The translations under genes and the position numbers were made by a program. Source: Candidatus Poribacteria bacterium (GTDB lineage: Bacteria; Poribacteria; WGA-4E; WGA-3G). From it: 64,000 nt of DNA. A model generated the notes under the pieces. The model was given only the letters and a program-made list of their open reading frames with translations. It did no database searches and was not told the origin of the DNA. Below are positions 18,741 to 27,910 of this stretch, one piece after another (within the stretch, counting starts at the first letter, position 1; the number at the start of each line of letters is the position of its first letter). The stretch lies in contig JAJDWA010000019.1 of the NCBI GenBank assembly GCA_022825825.1, positions 40,046-104,045 on the forward strand. Reading direction: 5' to 3'.

Positions 18741-19784
18741 TCAGGGGAGCAGACACACTTTTCCAAAGTTCTTACGTGACTCCAGCAGTTGATGTGCTTC
18801 AGCTGCTTGGGCTAAAGGCAGTGTCCGATCAATGATGGGGATTAACCGTCGCTGTTCTGCAAGGCGGACAAGGGTGCGGAGTTCTTTTGGCGTGCCTAAC
18901 GCAGAACCCATGATGGTAAGTTGTTTTTGATACATTTTGCGGATGTTAATTTCCCCGATGTTGCCTGTCGTCACACCGCAAGACACGAGTCTGCCATTTT
19001 TCGTCAGACTGCTAATACTCTGTTCCCATGTCGCAGCACCCACATGTTCCAGAACAACATCAACACCACGCCCGTTTGTTTCTTCCAATATGACCTCTGA
19101 GAAATCTATATCAGTGTAGTTTATGGTAACATCTGCACCAAATTGTTTGGCGCGTGCTAATTTTTCGTCAGTGCTTGCAGTAGCAAAAATGCGTGCCCCG
19201 ACAAGTTTAGCGATTTGTAAACCTGCACTGCCAACACTGCCTCCCGCGCCAAGTATTAGGACATCTTCACCTGCTCGGAGTTGTGCGCGCGTGATGAGCA
19301 TATGCCATGCCGTCAAATAAGCAATCGGCAACGCTGCCGCCTCAATGAAGGACAGCGGATCCGATATCCGAATTGCGTTTTTAGCGGGTGCTTTAACGAA
19401 CTCGGCATAACCACCGTCAGTTTGGAATCCGAGCAGCTGTTGTGTGTCACATAGATTTTCGTAACCGTTGATGCAGTCGGGGCAGACACCGCATGGAATA
19501 CACGGCGCGAGCAGCACACGATCCCCGATAGCAAGTTCAGGATGTTCTCCAGAAATTTCGGCTATTTCACCTGCAATGTCAGAGCCTAAAATGTGAGGTG
19601 TGCCAGTTTCTTCAAGTTTCTGTTTTATCTCAGGGCGGTTGCGCCGCGCGTGAATATCGAGGTAGTTAACAGCACACGTTATAACTTTGACGAGGATTTC
19701 ATTTGGACCAAGGATCGGTTCGGCGACTTCTTGATACCGCAACACCTCCACCTCACCTTGTTCTGAAAACGCGATTGCTTTCAT
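18741..19784 (-). CDS. zinc-binding MDR-family alcohol dehydrogenase/oxidoreductase
   Basis: GSDIAGEI, structural-zinc Cys cluster CGVCPDCINGYENLC, and GAGGSVG Rossmann motif. ATG at 19784 (MKAIAFSEQGE). Confidence 0.85.
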   Translation of the reverse strand: MKAIAFSEQGEVEVLRYQEVAEPILGPNEILVKVITCAVNYLDIHARRNRPEIKQKLEETGTPHILGSDIAGEIAEISGEHPELAIGDRVLLAPCIPCGVCPDCINGYENLCDTQQLLGFQTDGGYAEFVKAPAKNAIRISDPLSFIEAAALPIAYLTAWHMLITRAQLRAGEDVLILGAGGSVGSAGLQIAKLVGARIFATASTDEKLARAKQFGADVTINYTDIDFSEVILEETNGRGVDVVLEHVGAATWEQSISSLTKNGRLVSCGVTTGNIGEINIRKMYQKQLTIMGSALGTPKELRTLVRLAEQRRLIPIIDRTLPLAQAAEAHQLLESRKNFGKVCLLP

Positions 19785-19815
19785 TCTTACATCCAATCCA
19801 GTATGTATGAATGCC

Positions 19816-20625
19816 CTACCCGTACGCACCATGATTGAGAAACCCTAACAATCGCCGCAACCGCGGGTTTGCGTCCCGATAAACAGATTCTGGCATATTA
19901 TAATTCATGAACGGGTAGAATTTATGACCAACCAATCGACGCGCGTAAGTTATTTGTGTAATGTATCGGGTGCGTTGACTCTGATTCGGACCGCCCCGAT
20001 GCCATACCTGATTGTTGAACATAATGACGCTTCCCGCTTTGCCGAGATTGTATTGTACCTTTTCTTCCCACTCCGTTCCCGCTATCGGATTAGGGGGTGA
20101 AGCACCGAAAAGATGTGAGCCGGGAACAACCTCTGTCCCACCATGTTCAATCTCGATGACATCCGTGAGGTAGTAGTTAGCGGTAAAAAGCAGTACAGGA
20201 AGTTTTACGTTTTTTGGTGGTTCACCATCTGTGACAAGGTAGTGAGGTGAATCGTCTTGATGCCATGACGTTATACCGCCCCCAGGACGTGTTTGGAAGG
20301 AGTTGTTGTGAATTACGTGACATTCTCCTGCAATCAGAGCTTCAGCAAACGAGACGATCGGTTCGATGTCAAACAACCTGAGGTTTGCCTTGCTATGTTC
20401 GAACATGCGGTGACATAGATGCATGGTAGATTCGAAGGTGCCGCTATTCAAGCCATTCGGATTGTTTTTAAGTGACCACTCTAAATCCTGCCGAAGTTCT
20501 GCACAGTGATCGGGTGTCAACACATTTTGAAGGAATAGGCATCCATCACGGTGGAAGGTCTCCACCCATTCCTGGATTTGATCTGGACTTACATCCTGCT
20601 CCGACAAATAAACCGTTTCAGACAT
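19816..20625 (-). CDS. phytanoyl-CoA dioxygenase family protein
   Basis: FHRDGCLFLQNVL N-terminus, HQD triad motif, and distal WHRGGPN. Confidence 0.8.
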   Translation of the reverse strand: MSETVYLSEQDVSPDQIQEWVETFHRDGCLFLQNVLTPDHCAELRQDLEWSLKNNPNGLNSGTFESTMHLCHRMFEHSKANLRLFDIEPIVSFAEALIAGECHVIHNNSFQTRPGGGITSWHQDDSPHYLVTDGEPPKNVKLPVLLFTANYYLTDVIEIEHGGTEVVPGSHLFGASPPNPIAGTEWEEKVQYNLGKAGSVIMFNNQVWHRGGPNQSQRTRYITQITYARRLVGHKFYPFMNYNMPESVYRDANPRLRRLLGFLNHGAYG

Positions 20626-20646
20626 AAGGGACCTCTTTGTAATTCG

Positions 20647-20671
20647 AAAAAGGCGGAGTCGAAACCCCGCC
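20647..20671 (-). terminator. rho-independent terminator downstream of the DUF350 gene
   Basis: The minus strand reads GGCGGGGtttcgaCTCCGCC followed by TTTTT. Confidence 0.6.
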
Positions 20672-20705
20672 CATGCATTTTCAACTTGCAGTTATAACGA
20701 ATAAG

Positions 20706-21050
20706 CTACCCCTTCATAGCGGCAGCAACAATAATACCGAGTGAGACAAGGACACCGGCAACGGCAATACCAGCGGCGACGTTGTTCTCTTCCGCAATTT
20801 GTTTGTTGAGATCATAAGGCGTTGCCATATCAAAAACCTTATACCCGACCATTAAAACAACTAATCCCACAATGCTAAAGATAATCCCTTCAATAATAAG
20901 AACTCCGAGGGCTTTAAAGTTTATCAGTGGGGTTTCTTCTGCGGCAGCACCATCGTCTTGCGCCATAGTAGTTGTCGTAAATATAGCAAAGACACAGAGT
21001 GATACCATAACTAAACAGAATGTTGCTGATACAATTCTTTGCGCTTTCAT
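20706..21050 (-). CDS. DUF350 family membrane protein
   Basis: The sequence MATPYDLNKQIAEENNVAAGIAVAG is typical of DUF350 (YjfL-like) repeats. ATG at 21050 has RBS gggagga. Confidence 0.7.
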   Translation of the reverse strand: MKAQRIVSATFCLVMVSLCVFAIFTTTTMAQDDGAAAEETPLINFKALGVLIIEGIIFSIVGLVVLMVGYKVFDMATPYDLNKQIAEENNVAAGIAVAGVLVSLGIIVAAAMKG

Positions 21051-21188
21051 GGTTCCTCCCATTGGGACCAGCAGGTCCCATTTGCAAAAAGTTTAAATGT
21101 ATACGAAAGTTTCCAAATTTTTAAGAATGGTAGCTTCGTTTCCATTCTAATTCAACATGCTTTAGACACTTTACAGAATTTCGGTAAT

Positions 21189-24100
21189 TTATTCAACATT
21201 TTTAAGCAATTGAAACTGCATATCAGCAGTAATGTGTACCTGTTTTATCAGGATAGCGTCTTTTTCTTCAATGTAACGCCATCCGGATGTGACATCTTCA
21301 AGAGAATCGACTTGCGGAATATCATAAGGAGAATCATCTCTATCGCCATTGCTCTCTGCAGTTTGCACACGGATGAGAGATGGGATTTGTTCATAGCCGG
21401 TAATCAATGTATGACTTATTTCATTTTCCGCATAGTTAAGTGACCACTTTAGTTCACCGTTACGGGATGTGGTCACGTCTTCGGGGGTTGCACCAGAGCT
21501 TAAATGGATTGAATCTGCGATTGCGGTTTTAACACCTGGATCAAGTCCGCGGAGTGTATAGACATTGACCATAATATCTTCAGGATTGAGATGTGGCCCT
21601 TTACCTTCAGTGCAAAACCCGTAAAACCCATCAGGATAAGTGCCTTTCAGTTCACCGTCTGTCCACTGTTGATACATGGCACTTATCGTAATGCCCTCGG
21701 CAATCTTAAGCCACCTTTCATCGCGCGTATGCTGATTTAGGCGCTGCAAATAGTAGGCATACACCAAACCGTTCCACTGCACCGGGACACCAAACCAGGG
21801 ATGGGTATAGAAGGTTGTGCCGAAAACTGGTATAGAAGCAAATTGCATCCCGGGGCGGTCAGGGAGATGCCAATGGTATAGGAATGGCAGTCCTGTTTCT
21901 GCCCAATATTCGGCGCGTCTCAAATATGTTTTATTGCCTGTGATTTCGTGTGCCTCCACATAAGCGCCGATTGCATGCGCTGCAGCAAGGAGATCCGGTT
22001 CATACAGCGGACACTCCCATGCCTGCGCACCACGTGGCACCGAAAAACGATCCATGAACGAGAGCGCTTTTTTACCTGCTTCAAAGGAGGTGCTGTTGCC
22101 TGTGATACGTGCATGTTTTAAGAGTTTCAACGCGTTTGCTGCACACGTACCAAGAACAACATCCCCAGGTTTCCCAAGTTTCTCTGTCTTCTCAGAAGTC
22201 GGTTGAAAACCCCAACTGCCATCCTCTGTCTGAGCCTCAATTATGGGTTGCACTTCAGCTTCATAGTATCCTAAAGCAGCATCCAAATGTCCGTAATAGA
22301 ACGGAAACTCTCCGCTGAGTATGTGGCACGATCCTCGTGCTGCCAAACTACCTGCATCTGTATCAGCAATCGTTTTTTCTGCTATTTCTTTGACCCGTTC
22401 TTTAACATCTTCAGATTTTGTTACAAGGTAGTCGTACCAAAGTAAAGTAGCAAATCCAGGTTCGTTCTGGGAAGCCCAATCAACGCAGTGCCTGGATTGT
22501 CTTGCCTCTTCATCCCAGACAGTATGCATGAAACCGTGCCGCGAGAGCAGGACTTGCTCTTCATCAGGCCGAGGGGATTCCAGCGGTTCGGGCGTGCCAT
22601 ACGCGGATGTCCAATGCGAAATAGCATCTAAGATAGAGGCATTTCCATCAGCAATAATCTCACAATCAATTGTGAGAGGTTGTTCTGGTGTTAGTCGGTA
22701 AGGGGTTTCAGCAACAAGTGTATTTTCCTCTACCCATTCTGGTACAGTCGGAACAAAAAGCCCCATTAAATGGTTTCTCTCCTGATGATGCCAATTCGGT
22801 GAAGCAAACATAGCAGAGACATTTTGTGTTTCACCATCCCAACTATGCAATGGATTCCAAGTAATCCCGACAACCGATTTCTGTACCTCAACCGCCATCA
22901 CCGGCACAGTGATCTTATAGGGATGTGGTACCAATCGGTTGTTGAGCGGTGGCGCAGCATCCCGTGTATTTGAAGAGGGTTCGTTTCCTTCAAGGAATTC
23001 GAGGCCGGGAAAAAGTGCTGCAGTTTTCTTTTCGCGAGTGCTTTTGTGTCCAGCGTAAATTTCTGCGCCTCGGAAAGCAAGAAGTTCGCGTACTCCATCA
23101 ACTGTTAATCGGTATGCTGTTTTGATACGTTTTGCATCTTCTGTGAGGATAAAATTTGACTGAAGTGTCCACGTGACACCATCCGAATCTTTATGTTCAC
23201 CTGTGATGCGGACGATGGATTCTCCAAGACTATTACCGGCTAACTGAACATTGTTTGGAATAAATTTTAGGTTATGGACAGTATCATTAGATAGGTAAGT
23301 AGCCTCAGCAACCGTTTTGGAGGTCGCTACTTGTAGGTAGGCATTCCCTTTCGCTACGAAAATCGCATAATATTCAAAACCAGACTTGGATTTTGCTTTT
23401 GAATTCTTACTGGTTTTACGACTCTTCGCTTGAGATTGTTCACCGTTATGGACAAGTACGACACGGAGATTTTTGTTTCCTATCACCACATGTTCGCCGT
23501 GCATATAGGTATGAAGTTCTGGAATGACCTGCGCTTCAAGCTTCGGCAGGGCAGGGCGAATGTGAACGACACTCTCCACCTTTGCTGTGCTTTCAAGATG
23601 ACGAGACTTGAGCGAGACGCTGAAATTAATCGCAGTCGAACGGAGGATACTACGTGCACACCATACGAAAGTTGATGTTTCACCAGGAGCAAGTGTTTTG
23701 ACATAATGTGTGGATCGTCCACGTCGTAATTTAACATCGCTGATGCTGAGTCGTGTTTTACTATTCTTTCCGAGTGGGCCCGGGCCAACGTTTCTGATCG
23801 TGCATTGTACGTCAAATACTTCTCCTGCACTAACGACCGCTGATGTGGTACCCACGCTTACGATTTCTAATTTCGGTTGTGAAGCGTAAAGCGTTAAGTC
23901 AATCGGTTCGTTTTCTAATTGATTGTGGATTTCAGCTGCAATTTTATGTGCAAGTGTCCACCCCTCACGATTGAATTCAAACGGTGCCGTGCGTTCTTCA
24001 GGCAATTTCGCAATCGCAAGTCCGCACTGGACTTCTGGTGGGAATCCGTGCTGGGTTTCAGTCCGGGTAAGTTTGAGAAGTTTCGGTTGTCCCCATAATG

Positions 24101-24881
24101 CCCATGCAAAGCTACTATTTCCCTCTACATTACATTGTGTGATAAAGACGAGTTCCACTTTTTCGCCTGCGTAGCGGGTTAAATCTACCCCGTTTTCGGT
24201 CCAATGGCACTCTGTTGAAACGGCTTCAAAACATTGTTCGCCAGCAATTTCAATAGAAAATTTAACACCACCAGGTTGCCTTTGCGGATCATCAAACACA
24301 ACACCATCCCTTAAACCGATGCTAAAATGTAGGTAGAGATTTTCATTCTCTTCAACTGAAGGAAGGGTTAATTCATAAACAATTCGTGCCGAATCGGTCG
24401 ATGATGGGTGTTCAAAAAGCGCGGGTTTTGTAACGCCGCCCGCTGTATCTGCCGTGTTAGCAGATACGTGTTCAGCACCAGAATGTTGGCTCTCCTCAAA
24501 CATTACTACGAAATCGAACAATTCCTCGCTCTCACCCAGAGAATAGGAGATTTGCGGTTCGCTTGGAGCGGGTGTCTCATCAACTTCAGGTGTTTCTTCG
24601 TAAGACAGGACGACAACTTCTTCTGACATTTCTTCAGGATGAGGTGTCTCTTCTAAATCAGGTGTTTCTGTATCTTCTGACGGAGCGTCCGAATCAGATT
24701 CCGGCTGTACATCATTGGAGGTTTCCGATTCCGCGTTTTCATCAATAGGTTCAGGCGAATCAGGATTAGGAACTTCGTTTTGATGTTCAGACTCCGGTTG
24801 TTCTTGATCAAGGACCTCCTCGTCATTTTGTGTTTCTTCTTCCATTTTTCCGATAAGAAAATGTTGGAAAAACGTCAGCAT
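21189..24881 (-). CDS. large hypothetical protein (1230 aa): acidic low-complexity N-terminus, beta-rich middle, helical toroid-like C-terminus
   Basis: The ORF is uninterrupted with RBS gaggag 8 nt before ATG at 24881. The first ~130 aa are E/D/P/S-rich. A CARDB-like stretch (VFDVQCTIRNVGPGPL) is present. The C-terminal third is W/Y/H-rich and helical. It lies 41 nt downstream of the DUF2961 gene. Confidence 0.7.
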   Translation of the reverse strand: MLTFFQHFLIGKMEEETQNDEEVLDQEQPESEHQNEVPNPDSPEPIDENAESETSNDVQPESDSDAPSEDTETPDLEETPHPEEMSEEVVVLSYEETPEVDETPAPSEPQISYSLGESEELFDFVVMFEESQHSGAEHVSANTADTAGGVTKPALFEHPSSTDSARIVYELTLPSVEENENLYLHFSIGLRDGVVFDDPQRQPGGVKFSIEIAGEQCFEAVSTECHWTENGVDLTRYAGEKVELVFITQCNVEGNSSFAWALWGQPKLLKLTRTETQHGFPPEVQCGLAIAKLPEERTAPFEFNREGWTLAHKIAAEIHNQLENEPIDLTLYASQPKLEIVSVGTTSAVVSAGEVFDVQCTIRNVGPGPLGKNSKTRLSISDVKLRRGRSTHYVKTLAPGETSTFVWCARSILRSTAINFSVSLKSRHLESTAKVESVVHIRPALPKLEAQVIPELHTYMHGEHVVIGNKNLRVVLVHNGEQSQAKSRKTSKNSKAKSKSGFEYYAIFVAKGNAYLQVATSKTVAEATYLSNDTVHNLKFIPNNVQLAGNSLGESIVRITGEHKDSDGVTWTLQSNFILTEDAKRIKTAYRLTVDGVRELLAFRGAEIYAGHKSTREKKTAALFPGLEFLEGNEPSSNTRDAAPPLNNRLVPHPYKITVPVMAVEVQKSVVGITWNPLHSWDGETQNVSAMFASPNWHHQERNHLMGLFVPTVPEWVEENTLVAETPYRLTPEQPLTIDCEIIADGNASILDAISHWTSAYGTPEPLESPRPDEEQVLLSRHGFMHTVWDEEARQSRHCVDWASQNEPGFATLLWYDYLVTKSEDVKERVKEIAEKTIADTDAGSLAARGSCHILSGEFPFYYGHLDAALGYYEAEVQPIIEAQTEDGSWGFQPTSEKTEKLGKPGDVVLGTCAANALKLLKHARITGNSTSFEAGKKALSFMDRFSVPRGAQAWECPLYEPDLLAAAHAIGAYVEAHEITGNKTYLRRAEYWAETGLPFLYHWHLPDRPGMQFASIPVFGTTFYTHPWFGVPVQWNGLVYAYYLQRLNQHTRDERWLKIAEGITISAMYQQWTDGELKGTYPDGFYGFCTEGKGPHLNPEDIMVNVYTLRGLDPGVKTAIADSIHLSSGATPEDVTTSRNGELKWSLNYAENEISHTLITGYEQIPSLIRVQTAESNGDRDDSPYDIPQVDSLEDVTSGWRYIEEKDAILIKQVHITADMQFQLLKNVE

Positions 24882-24921
24882 TTTATATCTCCTCTGGTCT
24901 ATTTAGGCAGTATTATGGCAT

Positions 24922-26070
24922 TTATTGTTTCTCTTGCCACTGCTGTTTTTTTTGTTTCATTTCATCATTAAGAACAAGGTCAGATGATGGTGTTTGGTTT
25001 GCCTCGTCTATAATCCAATTCCCATCTTCATCTTTCAACACCGGTTTGCGCTGTTCAACAGGTAGCACACTAAACGGTTTATGCGGTTCTATCTGATACC
25101 AATAGGCAACAGAGGATGTCTCGTTGCTCAGATGGTTGCCGTGTCCGTGTTCAATTGTCACCCGAATCTCCTCCTCAAAACGGATAGGGTTTTCCAGATG
25201 AAATACATAAGACGTCTGATAACCGCTGGTGTTGTTTTCGTGAATAGATGAACCGTTATGTGCAAAGGCATTTTGTTGCATGCCCCACGCCTGATTGAGA
25301 TAGTCCTCTGATCCAGTGCCGTGTAAATCGGGAGGCCATTTGTAGCCATCAATCCATATCATATCATCGCCTTCACCCCACCATGTGCCTTGAAAGTTGC
25401 TGACAGAGAGGTTACAACCGATATACTGTCCTCTACCTTCTGCAGATAAAATAAGATAGTTGTTATCCCACGCGAGACGTTCAGCGTTGATGATATTTGC
25501 TTCTGCTGTATTGACCGTAATTTCATGTCCCCATCCATCACACGGATTTTCACGATGGAATTGTGCGTGAAAATATGCAGTATCCTCACCGTGTGGCGTA
25601 GGATAGAGCTCATAATCAACATAAAAGTATTGGCGGTGTGATGTGTCGCCTTCGTTGACAAGTTCAATACGGGCTGAGCGGTTAAATGGCATTTGTAAGT
25701 AGCAGTTGAGCGCACACCCCGTGTTAAATTGATTGTTGCTGTGCGTAGAGGCTGAAAACGGAATGGAATCGTAAGAGTTAACGATTTCGTTTCCAAGACC
25801 AAAAAAATCGCCCAACGGACATAAAACACTCGGATGTTCTTCATCATCCCAAAACATCCGAATCAGCACGTTTCGATATCCGTTCGGCTGTGTCATCCAG
25901 ATATGATTGATACACCCTGGACCTTTAATATCGGCAAGAACGCGCGTTTCACCGGGCGCAATATTCCATGCATCGTTATTGCGTCCTGTGGTATCCCATG
26001 AGGAGGCACGTAAAGACCGCGCATCTTGGATACGCGTCAACGATGATAATATGCCATCAATATAAGTCAT
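24922..26070 (-). CDS. DUF2961 (glycoside hydrolase family 172-like) protein
   Basis: The N-terminal signature SSWDTTGRNNDAWNIAPGETRVLADIKGPGCINHIWMT matches the DUF2961 pattern as I remember it. Confidence 0.7.
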   Translation of the reverse strand: MTYIDGILSSLTRIQDARSLRASSWDTTGRNNDAWNIAPGETRVLADIKGPGCINHIWMTQPNGYRNVLIRMFWDDEEHPSVLCPLGDFFGLGNEIVNSYDSIPFSASTHSNNQFNTGCALNCYLQMPFNRSARIELVNEGDTSHRQYFYVDYELYPTPHGEDTAYFHAQFHRENPCDGWGHEITVNTAEANIINAERLAWDNNYLILSAEGRGQYIGCNLSVSNFQGTWWGEGDDMIWIDGYKWPPDLHGTGSEDYLNQAWGMQQNAFAHNGSSIHENNTSGYQTSYVFHLENPIRFEEEIRVTIEHGHGNHLSNETSSVAYWYQIEPHKPFSVLPVEQRKPVLKDEDGNWIIDEANQTPSSDLVLNDEMKQKKQQWQEKQ

Positions 26071-26332
26071 TCAGTGTTTCCTTTAATTATCCTCAGATGG
26101 AGGGTGAGGATACATGCAAAATGTTTTTAAATTATTATACCATATACGCGAGGAAAGTCAAGGCATTTATTAAAATATCAAGTTGCCACGGACGGGTTTG
26201 TCGGTGGCAACTTTGGGATGGGTGTTGGAAGAAAAATATACTTGTAAAAATTTGATTCAACCTAACTGAACAGAGATTAATTTCAAATCGAACTTGAACA
26301 AGTATCCATTTTGACAAGTTTGTTGTGAAACC

Positions 26333-27094
26333 CTATTTACTGCTTTTGCTATGATAGACTTCAATTGTTCCCTTAATGATCATGAAATTAGCAACTTCAC
26401 ATCCCTCAGGACTCACACAGACATAACGGGTACCATTCTTTAGTTCTATCCATCCGTTCTTTTGGAAGCCTGTTATGCGTTTACCACTCCACAAGGTATT
26501 AACCCTCGAAACAACATCATTGGAAGTAAAGAGGGGAAGTTTATCTCCAACACGAAGAATCTTGTCAGGCGTTTTTAAGGAATTGAGGTACGTCATAACT
26601 ATGCGTTTGAGCTGCGTATCACCTGCTTGTTCGGCAAGTTTTAATGCGGTTTCAAAATCAGTGATAGCACCTTCATATTGTCCTATATCTACCTTTGCCA
26701 GTCCCCGACTGTAGTAGGCATAGACATGATCGGGTTTTAGGCGTATAGTGGTGTCAAAATCGGTGATGGCACTGAGGTGTAGTCCGTATATAGCAAAAGA
26801 GGTTCCGGATTGTATAGATTCAGGAGAATCAGGGTTGAAAATCTTAACCTGATACTTTACCAGTTTTACCTTTGCATTCCCACGATTGTAATAGGCTTCG
26901 GCAAAATCAGGTTTACTTTCCACTGCAGTGTTAAAATAGGTGATTGCATCTTCATATTGTTCAATTTTTACCTTTGCAAGTCCCAGCTCGTTGTAAATTT
27001 TGGCATAATCTGTTGTGGGTCCACATCCCAAACTGAATAGGAAACAAATTATCACTGCCACACTTATTAATAAAAATGGTGTAAAGTTTCTCAT
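26333..27094 (-). CDS. TPR-repeat lipoprotein
   Basis: The signal peptide has a lipobox-like LGCG. Repeated AxxYYNRGxAKxxLGxYExAIxDF TPR units are present. RBS aaggag. Confidence 0.8.
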   Translation of the reverse strand: MRNFTPFLLISVAVIICFLFSLGCGPTTDYAKIYNELGLAKVKIEQYEDAITYFNTAVESKPDFAEAYYNRGNAKVKLVKYQVKIFNPDSPESIQSGTSFAIYGLHLSAITDFDTTIRLKPDHVYAYYSRGLAKVDIGQYEGAITDFETALKLAEQAGDTQLKRIVMTYLNSLKTPDKILRVGDKLPLFTSNDVVSRVNTLWSGKRITGFQKNGWIELKNGTRYVCVSPEGCEVANFMIIKGTIEVYHSKSSK

Positions 27095-27126
27095 AAAAGT
27101 TCTCCTTAATTAAATATAATTAGAGG

Positions 27127-27214
27127 GTTTTAACCAAATAATGTTATGATGGAGGTTTGCTTGAAAGGTTTTTTCGGCTATCTGCCTCTGAACGTTTTAA
27201 CCAAATAATGTTAT
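27127..27214. repeat. 21-nt direct repeat pair in an intergenic region
   Basis: gttttaaccaaataatgttat occurs at 27127-27147 and 27194-27214. Hairpins follow at 27231-27246 and 27251-27284. Confidence 0.7.
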
Positions 27215-27381
27215 AAATGTATTCAAAAGTTCCCCTGACAAGGGGATTTAGGGGTTAAAAAACCAAAATAAGGACTTTAACCCCTTATCAAGAGGAAACG
27301 CGTAAGCCCTGATCAAATAAGAATTTGACAGAACGAATATCGTGACTATAGTCTCTGCATATTCAATGATTATTCCCTTGC

Positions 27382-27840
27382 TTATTCGTCGTATCCATCG
27401 TGATGTTTATCCTTCTTTGGCTTTTCGATGCCTTTATTAATCCAATATGCACCCAGGCCAAGTATAGTAATTGGCACGATCAAGGTTACTATAAAAAGAA
27501 TTGCCTGTACCAGGTCTCCAGTCTGTACCCATATCGAGATGGAAAAACCGGTTAACACTAAAGCACCTAAAAAGATAACAAGACGAAATGCACCTTCTTC
27601 CCAGTTTATGTTTAGTTTCGGTTCCTTGAAACCTTTTATACACCAATTGATTGCCCACCAAATAATGTAAACAATGGCTGCAGGTATTATTATGATCTTA
27701 AGGGCAAAAATAAAACCGTTATTCCAAGAGAGATAACTCTTGAGCAAACCCTCTGTCGTAACCAATTCATAAACTAACATAACAATAAAAAAAGAAACGA
27801 TCACTATTCTGAACAGACCACCTTTCCAATTTCGTTTCAT
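27382..27840 (-). CDS. hypothetical membrane protein with internal duplication
   Basis: ATG at 27840 has RBS ggaggtg. There are two similar halves (KRNWKGGLFRIVIVSFF... and NINWEEGAFRLVIFLGA...), each followed by TM helices. Confidence 0.6.
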   Translation of the reverse strand: MKRNWKGGLFRIVIVSFFIVMLVYELVTTEGLLKSYLSWNNGFIFALKIIIIPAAIVYIIWWAINWCIKGFKEPKLNINWEEGAFRLVIFLGALVLTGFSISIWVQTGDLVQAILFIVTLIVPITILGLGAYWINKGIEKPKKDKHHDGYDE

Positions 27841-27910
27841 ACGATTCACCTCCCTTGGTGATATCTTATGCTTTTTTAAACAAGTGCAAGTATACCAAAA
27901 ACTTTCAAGA

